Assembly: GCA_963748825.1 (NCBI GenBank)
Contig: CAVVKN010000002.1
Location: forward strand, 32,001 to 96,000
Reading direction: 5' to 3'
DNA: 64,000 nucleotides
Source: Methanotrichaceae archaeon
GTDB lineage: Archaea; Halobacteriota; Methanosarcinia; Methanotrichales; Methanotrichaceae
Shown: positions 1-9,719 of the stretch, piece by piece
How positions within the stretch are numbered: position 1 is the stretch's first letter
Layout: each line of letters begins with the position of its first letter
Program-made: the position numbers and the translations under genes
The notes under the pieces: generated by a model
What the model was told of the DNA's origin: nothing
What the model saw: the letters and a program-made list of their open reading frames with translations, nothing else
Database searches by the model: none

Positions 1-729
1 CCTGGCAAATCCCGGCCCCTGGGCAAAGAAAAGAGACATGCCCTTTCCGCCCGTGGGTGAGGATACATAGCTTGGTATTGCTGCACTGGGGCCGGCCATG
101 AGATGGCCCATGGGAAGTGCCTGATTAAACCTTCTAAATGCCACCTTGCCCTGATGGCCCAGGAGCCTCATGGTGCTCTCCACAACGACGGCCAGATCTA
201 TCTCCCGCATTCCCTCACGAAGGTGGTCCGCAACGGTTGCGATACCTGCATCCAAAATCCGGGCCGCCTCGCGGATGAGCCGAACCTCAAAATCGGACTT
301 CACAGAGCGAATGTGCTTGATGATCTCCGAGATATCAGAAAATTGGACATCTTCTCCCAGAGCCTTTGTTAGCCGGGCATAATTATTGTAGGGGAGCACA
401 TCCAGCTCCAGGCCAATCTTGGCGTTGGCGGGCAGATCCAGATCTTTTTTGAGGAACTTGAGGCTTTTTTGCGGCTGCACGGTGAGAGGCGATTCCTGAC
501 TGGCCCTCTCCAGACTCTTTCTTATCATGAGTGATGGCAGACCGTCCCTGGGAATGTAGATCAGACCTTCCTGAGCTGTGCCTGAGAAATAGCCCAGGTC
601 CGTGGATTCAAACAATATGACACCGTTCAGTTCGCCCATCCGGTCCTGCAGTCTCTTTATCCTGGCATCGATCTCCGACCGGGGATGCAAAACGTACTCC
701 ATCGATTCCACCTTATCCATATTACCCAT
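1..729 (-). CDS. Xaa-Pro peptidase family (M24) protein, 5' part (runs off window)
   Basis: Manual translation from ATG at 729: MGNMDKVESMEYVLHPRSEIDARIKRLQDRM...DLGYFSGTAQEGLIYIP...IRSVKSDFEVRLIREAA...LREGMREIDLA; creatinase-N plus RxVKS motif; open to base 1; not in ORF track. Confidence 0.8.
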   Translation of the reverse strand, partial: MGNMDKVESMEYVLHPRSEIDARIKRLQDRMGELNGVILFESTDLGYFSGTAQEGLIYIPRDGLPSLMIRKSLERASQESPLTVQPQKSLKFLKKDLDLPANAKIGLELDVLPYNNYARLTKALGEDVQFSDISEIIKHIRSVKSDFEVRLIREAARILDAGIATVADHLREGMREIDLAVVVESTMRLLGHQGKVAFRRFNQALPMGHLMAGPSAAIPSYVSSPTGGKGMSLFFAQGPGFAR

Positions 730-803
730 GTCTTATCGTGTCCCTTCTTCTATTCTGGGATTTCAGATCCATACTTGTCACTCAGGTTCTCTTGGTTCTC
801 TTA

Positions 804-1454
804 TCACTCATAATTGGTTCCGATCTCTTCTTCCAGGTCCAGGAGGTATCTTCTCAGTACAGCCGTCCTTGCAGCGGCAAGCTTCTTGGCGCTCTCTGTA
901 TGCATTCCCAATTCCAGTTTGAGCAGCTTTCTGTAGAAATGATCCAGATTCCATTTTCCGTCATCCGGCTCTCTGGACCGGCAGAAGGGATCGTCAGGAT
1001 GGTAAAGCTCTCTTCCCAAAGTTCCACCCGTAAGAAATACCCGGGCAATTCCAATGGCACCCAGGGCATCCAACCGGTCGGCATCCTGAAGTATCCTGGC
1101 CTCCAGAGTAACCGGAACAATTCCCTTAGAAAAGCGGTGCACATCTACAGCATAGTGCACCTTCTCTCTTGCTTCCTCCTCCAGCCCGATCGACTCCAGG
1201 AAAGCCTCCACTGCCCTTTTGCCCTGGCCCTTAGACTCGCCCTGCTTCGAGGTGTGCTTTTTTTCCGATCCCACATCATGCAGCAGGGCGGCTAGCAGCA
1301 GCACCTGCATATCCGCGCCTTCCTCCTGGCCAATGATCCGGGCATTTTTGTAAACTCTTAAGATATGCGATAAATCGTGGGCGGGATCAGCTACCTGGTA
1401 CATGGGCCGGATATCATTCAGCCAGGATTCGGGATCAAATTTATGGGGGGCCAT
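804..1454 (-). CDS. HD domain metal-dependent phosphohydrolase
   Basis: AHDLSHILRV, LLHDVG, LQDADRLDALGAIGIAR, HFYRKLLKL motifs (YedJ-like). Confidence 0.88.
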   Translation of the reverse strand: MAPHKFDPESWLNDIRPMYQVADPAHDLSHILRVYKNARIIGQEEGADMQVLLLAALLHDVGSEKKHTSKQGESKGQGKRAVEAFLESIGLEEEAREKVHYAVDVHRFSKGIVPVTLEARILQDADRLDALGAIGIARVFLTGGTLGRELYHPDDPFCRSREPDDGKWNLDHFYRKLLKLELGMHTESAKKLAAARTAVLRRYLLDLEEEIGTNYE

Positions 1455-1489
1455 CAAGAGATATATACTCCGTTGGTACAATTAATATG

Positions 1490-1960
1490 TTAGCTAATCG
1501 GCGCATAGATGATGGTGAGAATATCTTCTGGGGCAACCTCTCCGGGATCGTTCAGGTAAGCCTCTCTGACAGGCCCCGTTAGCGGAAGGCCGTTTTCCAG
1601 AAGCCAGGCAAAGAGCCTCTCGTAAACCGGTCCACTTGCTTCGTATGGACCCTTGTGAATTATCTGGGCCATCTTTTCGCCGGAAAGCTCGTAGCACTTG
1701 ATCTCCTCATTCTCGGGTATCTTTTCGGCAATGGGAACGCAGACCTCTATGTCGGCATTGCCTGCCTCATCGGCTTTCAGGGCTTCCTCTACGCTCTTTT
1801 CATGCCAGAGGTAGAGGGGCGGCCCGGCAATTATGGCTTCGTGGCTCATGGCATATTCAAAGAGAGCGGGCAGCATCTTTGCGATCTCTTTGTAATGCCC
1901 CCTCCGTCTCAATCCCGCTACGATTTGGGGCTTTTCTTCGACAATTGTAATTTCGATCAT
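1490..1960 (-). CDS. GyrI-like small-molecule-binding domain protein
   Basis: AGPP, IEVCVP, HKGPYE, GPVREAYLNDP, TIIYAPI motifs. Confidence 0.85.
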   Translation of the reverse strand: MIEITIVEEKPQIVAGLRRRGHYKEIAKMLPALFEYAMSHEAIIAGPPLYLWHEKSVEEALKADEAGNADIEVCVPIAEKIPENEEIKCYELSGEKMAQIIHKGPYEASGPVYERLFAWLLENGLPLTGPVREAYLNDPGEVAPEDILTIIYAPIS

Positions 1961-2064
1961 ACTCAACAACCATTTCGTCAATTCAGCAATACTGCCAAAC
2001 TTTTTATAAGATCCGGTGCCAATTAGCAGCGATTATTTCTCATTGTCAAAGAGGTGTTCTTTGC

Positions 2065-2481
2065 ATGTTGCATAAAGATAAAAATAAAAGATTAATAAGT
2101 ACAAAGGCTTCGTCTATCTGGACCATTAAAGCGCTTGCAGCTGTGATGCTGCTTATCATGCTGGCATTGCCCGTTACTGCTCATCCGCCTGCCCAGGTAA
2201 GTCTCGCCTATGACAGCCAGAATCAGAGCTTAAATGTAACAACGACCCATGTCGTATCAAATCCCGCCAGCCATTATGTCTTCAAGATTGCCGTCCAGAA
2301 AAATGGAGAGCAAGTCTTAACTAAAGAATACACGAGCCAGCCCACTTCTTCCACATTCAGCTACGACTATCCCATAAATGCCACCAAGGGTGATGTTCTC
2401 AAAGCTACCGCCTACTGCAGCATTGCGGGAAGCAGATCCGGAGAGATCAAAGTTATGGAGGATGCAAAGCTCGCTGTTTAA
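2065..2481 (+). CDS. secreted hypothetical protein (desulfoferrodoxin/SOR-like beta-sandwich?)
   Basis: Signal peptide ending VTA-HPP, then H..HY..YCSIAG; start uncertain. Confidence 0.6.
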   Translation: MLHKDKNKRLISTKASSIWTIKALAAVMLLIMLALPVTAHPPAQVSLAYDSQNQSLNVTTTHVVSNPASHYVFKIAVQKNGEQVLTKEYTSQPTSSTFSYDYPINATKGDVLKATAYCSIAGSRSGEIKVMEDAKLAV

Positions 2482-2502
2482 CAGGCAGGATAAGGGATCA
2501 AA

Positions 2503-2910
2503 TCAGCCTTCCCAGACCTCCATGGTCATATCATGATAGTACTCGATCCTCTGGGGGACGAATTTGAGAACTACGTATTCAGGGTTCTCCGGCTTCTGGA
2601 AATAGACTTCCATCTTAGGATTCCAGAACTTCTTTTTCGTCTCCAGGTCTTCATGGACGATGCCTTTGCCCTGGATCATCACATAAGGATCGTTAAAGTT
2701 CTTTCCGGACCAGATGGTGAGGGCAACTTCCGGGTTCTTCTTGATCTGCTCAACCTTGCGAGAGCTCTTCATGGTGGCCCCAATCAGGGTTAGATCGTCC
2801 AGACCAAAAAGGGCCATGAACCTCACAGCAGGCTTTCTTTCCTGTACGGTGGCAACGGCAGCCACGCGCTCGCCTCCCGTGACCTTAAGGATGTTTTCTT
2901 TTAGTGACAT
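2503..2910 (-). CDS. pyridoxamine 5'-phosphate oxidase family protein (general stress protein 26-like)
   Basis: ATV..KPAVRFM, SRKVEQIKKNPEV, FWNP..YF..PENPEY. Confidence 0.85.
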   Translation of the reverse strand: MSLKENILKVTGGERVAAVATVQERKPAVRFMALFGLDDLTLIGATMKSSRKVEQIKKNPEVALTIWSGKNFNDPYVMIQGKGIVHEDLETKKKFWNPKMEVYFQKPENPEYVVLKFVPQRIEYYHDMTMEVWEG

Positions 2911-2958
2911 GATTAATAGTATTGGTAACAACTTATTAATAAACTGTGGGGTAGAGAA

Positions 2959-3435
2959 CTATACCTTAATTTCCCGTTTGATCATCTCCGCCGAGATGGC
3001 GATCCCCTTGCAGGTGTGCATGTTTAGCGAGAGCAGAAGTCCCACCACATGGCCGTCCTGAATCAAGGGGCTGCCGCTGTCTCCCGGCCCAGGAAGATTG
3101 CCTAGCGGCAGCACCACATAGGCAATAGACCAGGTGGTGTCGGAGATGCGGCATAACAGGCTGCGCTGAGAATTTTTTAGCTCAGCTTCGCCCAGCCGGG
3201 GCTTTCCCAGATCGGTGGGTTGGCAGGCTCCCAGAAGGGGAAAGAAGGCCAGGTCGGCGTCGCTAGGCATGTAGGCTACCTTGCAGGCCAGGCCACCCAC
3301 GCGCAGATTGTGAGTGCCTGCTGCGTGAAAGATGTGCGCCGGAGCTACGCCTGCAAAGGCCCCTCGCCAGGGGACGACGGCACCGACCACTCCGCCGGAG
3401 CGACCCGCGATGAACTGGTCACCGGATTTGATCAT
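2959..3435 (-). CDS. small trypsin-like (PA clan) serine protease
   Basis: APAHIF, DADLA, PGDSGSP...VVGLL give a His/Asp/Ser triad pattern. Confidence 0.6.
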   Translation of the reverse strand: MIKSGDQFIAGRSGGVVGAVVPWRGAFAGVAPAHIFHAAGTHNLRVGGLACKVAYMPSDADLAFFPLLGACQPTDLGKPRLGEAELKNSQRSLLCRISDTTWSIAYVVLPLGNLPGPGDSGSPLIQDGHVVGLLLSLNMHTCKGIAISAEMIKREIKV

Positions 3436-3544
3436 TGCTAATTAATCGAATCTGCTAAGTAATTAGGATTTTCTAACCTGCTTGTGATATATAGTTCCAG
3501 CCAGGGAAAAGATATTTGTCCGTCACCAGCCAACTGCACTGAAG

Positions 3545-4129
3545 GTGAACGAAGTATTGCATTCTCGAATTCTAGCTTTATCCCTTCTCCTTTTGCTCGC
3601 CGCCGCATCCCCCGCCTTTGCCTACGGCAAGAGCGTGGAGGACCTGGTGGGCTCTTTTTCCATTGAGAAGACCATAAAGATTGGGAGCAGCAGCGAATGC
3701 TTTTCCTCCGCTGGCGCAGCCGATCCCCTTACCCCGCCCCAAAGCGGCGGCGCGAGCGCCCTGGCCGACGACCAGCCGCCGAGCGTTGCGGGCTTCGCTT
3801 TCCTGCCGCAGCAGATATCCGCCGCTACGCCGGAGCCCATCAACCTGACCGCTCACCTCATCGATGACCAGGGGGTTTGGGCGGCAGAGGCGACATTTTC
3901 CGGCCCGCTGGGAGAGGAAGCTGCCGCACTCTTTTCTTCCCAGAACCTCACCTCGGGAAATGCCAAAGATGGATATTATGGCGCACAGATGCTTCTTCCC
4001 CCGAGCAATGAGACGGGCGAGTGGCATCTGCAGAATTTGACCCTCGTGGACAGGGAAGGCAACCGCAGGGTCTTGATTGAGAAGGACTTGCAGGGCCTGG
4101 GTTTGCCCACGGTGATAACGGTCGCCTAG
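3545..4129 (+). CDS. secreted hypothetical protein (Ig-like beta domain)
   Basis: Signal peptide (LALSLLLLLAAASPAFA); SG...DG.Y, GEW.L..LTLVDREGN pattern. Confidence 0.65.
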   Translation: MNEVLHSRILALSLLLLLAAASPAFAYGKSVEDLVGSFSIEKTIKIGSSSECFSSAGAADPLTPPQSGGASALADDQPPSVAGFAFLPQQISAATPEPINLTAHLIDDQGVWAAEATFSGPLGEEAAALFSSQNLTSGNAKDGYYGAQMLLPPSNETGEWHLQNLTLVDREGNRRVLIEKDLQGLGLPTVITVA

Positions 4130-4153
4130 TAAAGTAATGGAAGAGGGCAGCAG

Positions 4154-4576
4154 CTACTCGCCAATGATCTGCACAATCACTTTTCTCTGCCTGGGCCGAT
4201 TGTCCAGCTCCAGGAAGACGATCTGCTGCCAGGTGCCCAGCATCAGCCTCCGCTCGCAAAAGGGCACGCTGAGGCTTGGCCCCAGCAGCGCTGCTCGGAT
4301 GTGGGAATGGCCGTTGCCGTCATGCCAGCACTCATTATGGGCGTAATTGATCTCCATCGGTGCCAGCCTCTGCAGGGCCTCGCCGAGATCCGCCACCAGC
4401 CCATCCTCGAACTCGATGGTGGTAACGGCTCCTGTGGCCCCGGGAACAAAGACGGTGACCACGCCCGCATGCAGAGACGTGCTCTGCAATGCCTCTTGCA
4501 CTTCATCTGTAATGTCCAACACTTCGCCGCTTAGCGTCTCAAACTCCAAGTATCTGGTTACAATCAAAGTTGTCAA
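4154..4576 (-). CDS. YjbQ/UPF0047 family protein
   Basis: DITDEV, GATGAVTTIE, HDGNGHSHIRA, LGTWQQIVFLELD. Confidence 0.92.
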   Translation of the reverse strand: MTTLIVTRYLEFETLSGEVLDITDEVQEALQSTSLHAGVVTVFVPGATGAVTTIEFEDGLVADLGEALQRLAPMEINYAHNECWHDGNGHSHIRAALLGPSLSVPFCERRLMLGTWQQIVFLELDNRPRQRKVIVQIIGE

Positions 4577-4622
4577 CTCCTGAGTGTCAAAAAATTATTT
4601 ATCGCTTCCCAGTAGATCTATC

Positions 4623-5516
4623 ATGATGGCCTACTATGAGGCAGTCCGGCGCATTCTGATAATAATATTCGTAATTAACATAGCCACTGCCTTCGCCAAG
4701 GGAGGCTATGGCCTTCTCACCAACTCCCTGAGCATGAGCGCAGACGGCCTGCATTCCATCTTCGATAGCACCTCCAACATCATCGGCCTGGTGGGCATCT
4801 CTCTGGCAGCCCGTCCTCCTGATAAGGAGTACCCCTACGGCCATGCCAAGTTCGAAACCTTTGCCTCTTTGGGAATAGCCGTGCTGCTATTTGCCAGCTC
4901 TATTCAACTGGTCCTGGCGGCCGTAAATCGCTTGCAAAGCCAGTCCACACCTCAGATAACCGAGCTATCTTTCGGCATTATGGGCATAACCCTGCTCATC
5001 AATATTGGCGTCTCGGCTTACGAATACATTCTGGGCAAAAGGCTGAAGAGCAGCATACTGGTGGCCGATTCCATGCATACGCGAAGCGACATTTTCGCTT
5101 CTGTGGGCGTCATCCTGGGACTTGTCGCCGTCAAGATGGGCTATCCTCTGGCCGATCCGATCATAGCTATGTTTATCTGCGGCCTGATCCTCTTGACTGG
5201 TCTCGAGATTGTAAAAGACAGCTCTAAGGTATTGCTGGACAAAGCTCTGGTCGAAGAGAGAGTGATTGTCGATCTGGCAAAGTCGGTAGATGGCGTTTGC
5301 ACCTGCCACCGCGTGCGCACGCGCGGCATGACAGGAGAGATTTATGTGGATCTGCATATCGGAGTTGACTCGTCGCTTTCCATAGATGCAGCTCATAAAG
5401 TGGGCGAGAGTGTGGTGAGTATGATAAAAAGCAAGATCCCAGAGGTCAGGGATGTGGTCGTGCATCTGGAGCCCAAGGACTACTGCGAGATAAAGGCCCG
5501 GACGGCTTTGAAATAG
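4623..5516 (+). CDS. cation diffusion facilitator family transporter
   Basis: ADGLHSIFD, PPDKEYPYGHAKFE, ADSMHTRSD, VDLHI, VHLEP. Confidence 0.93.
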   Translation: MMAYYEAVRRILIIIFVINIATAFAKGGYGLLTNSLSMSADGLHSIFDSTSNIIGLVGISLAARPPDKEYPYGHAKFETFASLGIAVLLFASSIQLVLAAVNRLQSQSTPQITELSFGIMGITLLINIGVSAYEYILGKRLKSSILVADSMHTRSDIFASVGVILGLVAVKMGYPLADPIIAMFICGLILLTGLEIVKDSSKVLLDKALVEERVIVDLAKSVDGVCTCHRVRTRGMTGEIYVDLHIGVDSSLSIDAAHKVGESVVSMIKSKIPEVRDVVVHLEPKDYCEIKARTALK

Positions 5517-5591
5517 AAAATAATAAAAATTAAAATGCAAAATTAATGAAATAAAGAAATAAAGAAGATAAAGAACGGAGTATGAGCAAAT

Positions 5592-8500
5592 ATGCAAAAT
5601 ATCACAATCACAGTCTCGGAGGCGGGAACTGCTGCCGCCAGGACCTTTGCCTACAAAATTCTGGTCGAGGGTAATGTCGTGGCAGAGAGAACGCTCACGC
5701 CAGTTCAAACTTCGCAGGTGCTAGAGACTTCATCTCAGTACTTCTCTCTTCTGCAGGGCACAGGGCAGGCCTCATCGAAAAGCTATCTGCCCATCCTCAG
5801 TGACGGGCTATTTCATCTCTTCTTAGAGAAAGGCTGGCAGGATTTCCAGGCCAAGATCTTGCCGGGTGCCAGACTTACTATCGCTTCGCCCATCCCGGAG
5901 GTGCTCCAGCTTCCCTGGGAGCTTCTTCCGCTTTTCGACCGGCAGATGGGCGACAGTGACAGCTTCGGCATCATTCGCCTGCCCAGGGCCACAGACGGGC
6001 TTATTGCCTCCTCGGTGAAGCTTTCGCCGGGGCCTTTGCGCGTACTTTTCCTGGCAGCCGAGCCGTTAGACTTTGAAGAAGAAGAGCAGTCGATCCAAAA
6101 GGTGTCAGAGGGCCTGGACATATCTCTCACGATCTGTGAAAGTGGCACCTGGGAAGAGTTGAAGAGCCTGGCTGAATCCTTCCAGCCTCATCTGGTGCAC
6201 CTGGCGGGCCAGGGAAAGATGTCCAGTGGCATTGTGGCATTCACTTTGCAGGGACCGGCGGGCCGGGTGGATCTGCGCTCGGCTGAGGAGATGGCCTTCG
6301 CCCTGAAGGACTCTGGCCTTGCGGGCATCATCCTGAGCGGCAAGCAGAGCGAGTCCGCTTCATCTCTACATCTGCTCTGCCAGAGGCTGGCGGAGAGCAT
6401 TCCACTGGCCGTGGCCTGGAATGCACCTACCGCGGCTACCCTGCCCTTATACCGGGCCCTGGCCGCGGGTCAATCAATGGATGAAGCGCTGCTATCCGTG
6501 CGCCGGGAGATCTCTGTAGCTCCTGTCCCTGCTCTTTCTCCGGTTTCCGTTCCAGTTCCCGCTCTGTACTCGATCTATGATCAACAAGGAATCTTCGACA
6601 TCCAAAAGAGAGAAGCTGCGCCTGCTTCCCTATGCCAGGAGTTCGCCGCCTTGCCGGGCCTGACGGAAGGCCGGGCGGAGTGCTTTGTGGACCGGAGACG
6701 GGATTTGCAGAAACTCCTTCCCGCTCTGCGAGAGGGTGGAGCGCAGGCTCTGATCATCACCGGCCCGGATGGCGTGGGCAAGAGCGCTCTGGCAGTTCAT
6801 CTCGCCCGCCTGCTGGCGCCCGCCGGCTACAGCATTCTGCCCATTTACAGCTCGCCGCATAATCGAATAAGCTCTGCCCGGCTCTTGGAGGCGGCTGTCG
6901 GCCATTTGAGCGGAATTGGAGAGGAAGCTGCTGCAAAAAGCCTCAAAGACCCGAGGCGCTCCGTCAGAGAGCGGCTACAGAATTTGATGGATGTGCTGAA
7001 AGCCTCTCGCATTCTGATGGTTTGGGATGGTCTGGACCTGGACGGGAAGACCGGCAAAATTTCTGACCCAGATTTGGCCGAGTTCTACAAGCTCATGATA
7101 AAAGGCATGACAGCAGGCCGCGTCATCATCACCTGCATGGCTTTGCCAGCCGATGCCCTGACCCTGCCCGCTCGCACCTGGCAGTGGAAGCTGGAGGGGC
7201 TTGGCCAGGCCGCATTCATTAGATATCTTCTCCGGGACGAGGCTGTGGTGGATCGCTATCGAAAAGGCGAGATCTCTTATGCCGAACTTGCCAAGCATCA
7301 CCTTGCGGCCTTGGGCCATCCGGCTCACCTGGCCCAAACAGGCAAAGCCTTGAGCTGGGGAGATCTCGCCGCCGACGAGGATCCGCTGGTAAAGCTCACT
7401 TCCCGGTTGGGCTCTGCCTCTAGCCACGCCCTCTTCCAGGCAGCGATCTTTAGCATAGCCATGAGCCCGGCTGGCCTGGCAGCCGTTTTCGGTGTAACAG
7501 AAGAGCAGTCCGCGGCCAATGCCCGTGAGTGGCAAGATCTCTCGTTGGCCTATGCAGTGGGAAAGCTGTGGGCAGTGCCATCAGCCCTTCGCGCTTCTCT
7601 CCTGGCGGCTTTGAGCCCGCAGGAACAGCGAGCTGCACAAAAGGCGGCCGGCGATTTTCTTAGAGACCTGGCCGTGGCCGGGCGCTCTGCAGAGCTCGGG
7701 CTCTCTCGCTTAGATGTCTTGCTGGAGGCGCGCGGGCACTATCTGTCGGCAGAGGATCTGGACGATGCAATCGCCGTAACTGCCCGCATCAGCGGCTATC
7801 TGCAAAGGCGCGGCTACTACTCTGAGCTGATGAGGCTAAACCAGGAGCTTTTGGATCTGGATAAGCAATCCGGCAGGCCTACGATCTGGATCGCCCAAGC
7901 CCATCTGGATCAGGGCGAATACAGAAAAGCGGCCGAATGGTACGGGCGAGCTCTGCAGATCGCCCCTGACGCTGCCGCTCAACACGGCCTGGGCACGGCT
8001 CTCCTGCACCAGGAAAAATATGACCTGGCAAAAGAGAGCCTGCAAAAGGCTGCGGATGCATTTCATGCAGCAGGTGACCCATCTGGGGAAGCGGCCAGCC
8101 TGAGTAGCCTGGCTGCCATTGACATGATGAAAAACGAAAATGAGGCCGCGAAAGAAAAGCTGCAGAAGATAGTAGAGATCATGAATAGCCTGGGGGATAT
8201 TAAGGGCGAGGCTGCAGCTTTGCAGGAGATGGCCCGACTGGATATGAATAGGTGTGATTATGACGGCGCGCGCCAGAGGCTCGTGAAATCATGTGAGCTA
8301 CTGGAAGAAGCCGGAGACAGGAAGGGCGCTGCTTTTGCCATCTTTAACCTGGCCAGCCTCGATCTGGAGAAGGGCGACTTCCAGCCAGCTGGCGCGGAGT
8401 TTGCGAAGGCTCTGCCACTTTTTCAGGAGATGGGCGATCGGGCCGGCGAAGCCGCCATCCTGCACAGCCTCGGCATGATCCATTCTCAGGCCGGAGAGAA

Positions 8501-8831
8501 AGAGAAGGCGATGCAAAGCTTCCGGAAAGCCCTGCAGATCAATCAAGAGCTGGCCGATAGACCCGCGGAAGCGGGAGCCTTCTTCCAGCTCGGAGCTTTG
8601 GCCGTGCAGCAGGATAAGATGCAAGAAGGCCTGCGGCTCATGGCCCTGGCTGCTATAGTTTTAAGGAGCATCAAGAGCGATGATGTGAAGAACGTCGAGC
8701 CGCTGGTGGAGAGGCTGGCTGCGCAGCTTAGCTTAACTCAGGAGCAGTTCATGGTCCTGGTGCAGGAGGTCCTGCAAAGCTACGCCAGGGACCGGGGCTG
8801 GGGTCTGGTGGAGAGGGCCTGGGGCAAGTAG
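5592..8831 (+). CDS. CHAT-like domain + P-loop (STAND/NB-ARC-like) + TPR protein
   Basis: LPWELL, PLRVLFLAAEP, HLVHLAGQG (CHAT-like); GPDGVGKS Walker A, LMVWDGLD Walker B; C-terminal GD..GEAA.L..L TPR repeats. Confidence 0.8.
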   Translation: MQNITITVSEAGTAAARTFAYKILVEGNVVAERTLTPVQTSQVLETSSQYFSLLQGTGQASSKSYLPILSDGLFHLFLEKGWQDFQAKILPGARLTIASPIPEVLQLPWELLPLFDRQMGDSDSFGIIRLPRATDGLIASSVKLSPGPLRVLFLAAEPLDFEEEEQSIQKVSEGLDISLTICESGTWEELKSLAESFQPHLVHLAGQGKMSSGIVAFTLQGPAGRVDLRSAEEMAFALKDSGLAGIILSGKQSESASSLHLLCQRLAESIPLAVAWNAPTAATLPLYRALAAGQSMDEALLSVRREISVAPVPALSPVSVPVPALYSIYDQQGIFDIQKREAAPASLCQEFAALPGLTEGRAECFVDRRRDLQKLLPALREGGAQALIITGPDGVGKSALAVHLARLLAPAGYSILPIYSSPHNRISSARLLEAAVGHLSGIGEEAAAKSLKDPRRSVRERLQNLMDVLKASRILMVWDGLDLDGKTGKISDPDLAEFYKLMIKGMTAGRVIITCMALPADALTLPARTWQWKLEGLGQAAFIRYLLRDEAVVDRYRKGEISYAELAKHHLAALGHPAHLAQTGKALSWGDLAADEDPLVKLTSRLGSASSHALFQAAIFSIAMSPAGLAAVFGVTEEQSAANAREWQDLSLAYAVGKLWAVPSALRASLLAALSPQEQRAAQKAAGDFLRDLAVAGRSAELGLSRLDVLLEARGHYLSAEDLDDAIAVTARISGYLQRRGYYSELMRLNQELLDLDKQSGRPTIWIAQAHLDQGEYRKAAEWYGRALQIAPDAAAQHGLGTALLHQEKYDLAKESLQKAADAFHAAGDPSGEAASLSSLAAIDMMKNENEAAKEKLQKIVEIMNSLGDIKGEAAALQEMARLDMNRCDYDGARQRLVKSCELLEEAGDRKGAAFAIFNLASLDLEKGDFQPAGAEFAKALPLFQEMGDRAGEAAILHSLGMIHSQAGEKEKAMQSFRKALQINQELADRPAEAGAFFQLGALAVQQDKMQEGLRLMALAAIVLRSIKSDDVKNVEPLVERLAAQLSLTQEQFMVLVQEVLQSYARDRGWGLVERAWGK

Positions 8832-9019
8832 AGACCGGGATAAAGAAAAAGCATTTCGGCACCCCATTCGTCCTGTTGGCGGCGATCTTCCCCGCGACTG
8901 TTGGCGAAGGAAGCCCCACCATTTTCTGGTGCCGGTCGAGTACTGCGAAATCAGGCCGCAAATATGCTCAAGCCTTTTCACAATGGCTTGAATAGCTTCA
9001 TTGCACTTGTCCTGTTTAC

Positions 9020-9394
9020 CTAGAGCGATGCCCTTGTTGCTTTATTCTCGCCGTCTTCTGCTTTGGGGTTAGCATCAGCTGTCGTACCCCTGGCGATGTT
9101 ATCCATCCTGGCTATAGTATCCACACAAACCCCCTCCCTGACCTCCTTATCTATCCTGGCTGTGGCGGCTTGCTCCTGAGCCTTGAAATGTGAATTATAG
9201 GCCACGGAAACGATCGCAATAACGGCACCCAAGATCGTGGTCAACAAGCCCATTAATCCTTCTGAGATATCGACCTTTGGCATCGTAACGATTATAACTA
9301 CAATAGCAACTCCAAAAAGCGCCAAAAGACTTACCGCCAGCACCGTCAAGATAAAACGGGTGTTTTTAATTTCTTGCGTGAATATATTAAACAT
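9020..9394 (-). CDS. hypothetical membrane protein (2 TM)
   Basis: Two hydrophobic segments; AT-rich TATA-like upstream region. Confidence 0.55.
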   Translation of the reverse strand: MFNIFTQEIKNTRFILTVLAVSLLALFGVAIVVIIVTMPKVDISEGLMGLLTTILGAVIAIVSVAYNSHFKAQEQAATARIDKEVREGVCVDTIARMDNIARGTTADANPKAEDGENKATRASL

Positions 9395-9719
9395 AATCTA
9401 TCAACTCTATCTGCTTGTTCCAAACCCATTTCTTTCTTATGGGCCCGATTTTTGACTGAGGATAACTTGTATCTTATGCGATTGCTTAATACTTTAAATT
9501 ATTGGTTTTTTTAGAAGTTTGCATCCAATGTGATTTTAACAATCCCGAGAATCCGATTTTGCGGTTGTATTTGTTCACATGTTTGAGCATGTGGATGGCG
9601 ACATAGGCCTGCTCTCCGGGGAAGCTTTCTGCCGCAGTGCTGAGAATGATTGAGAGAGCGTAAATCAAGAGTATACACTCCCGATAAAGAAAAGACGCCA
9701 GGGGCCTCTGTCCCGTCGT

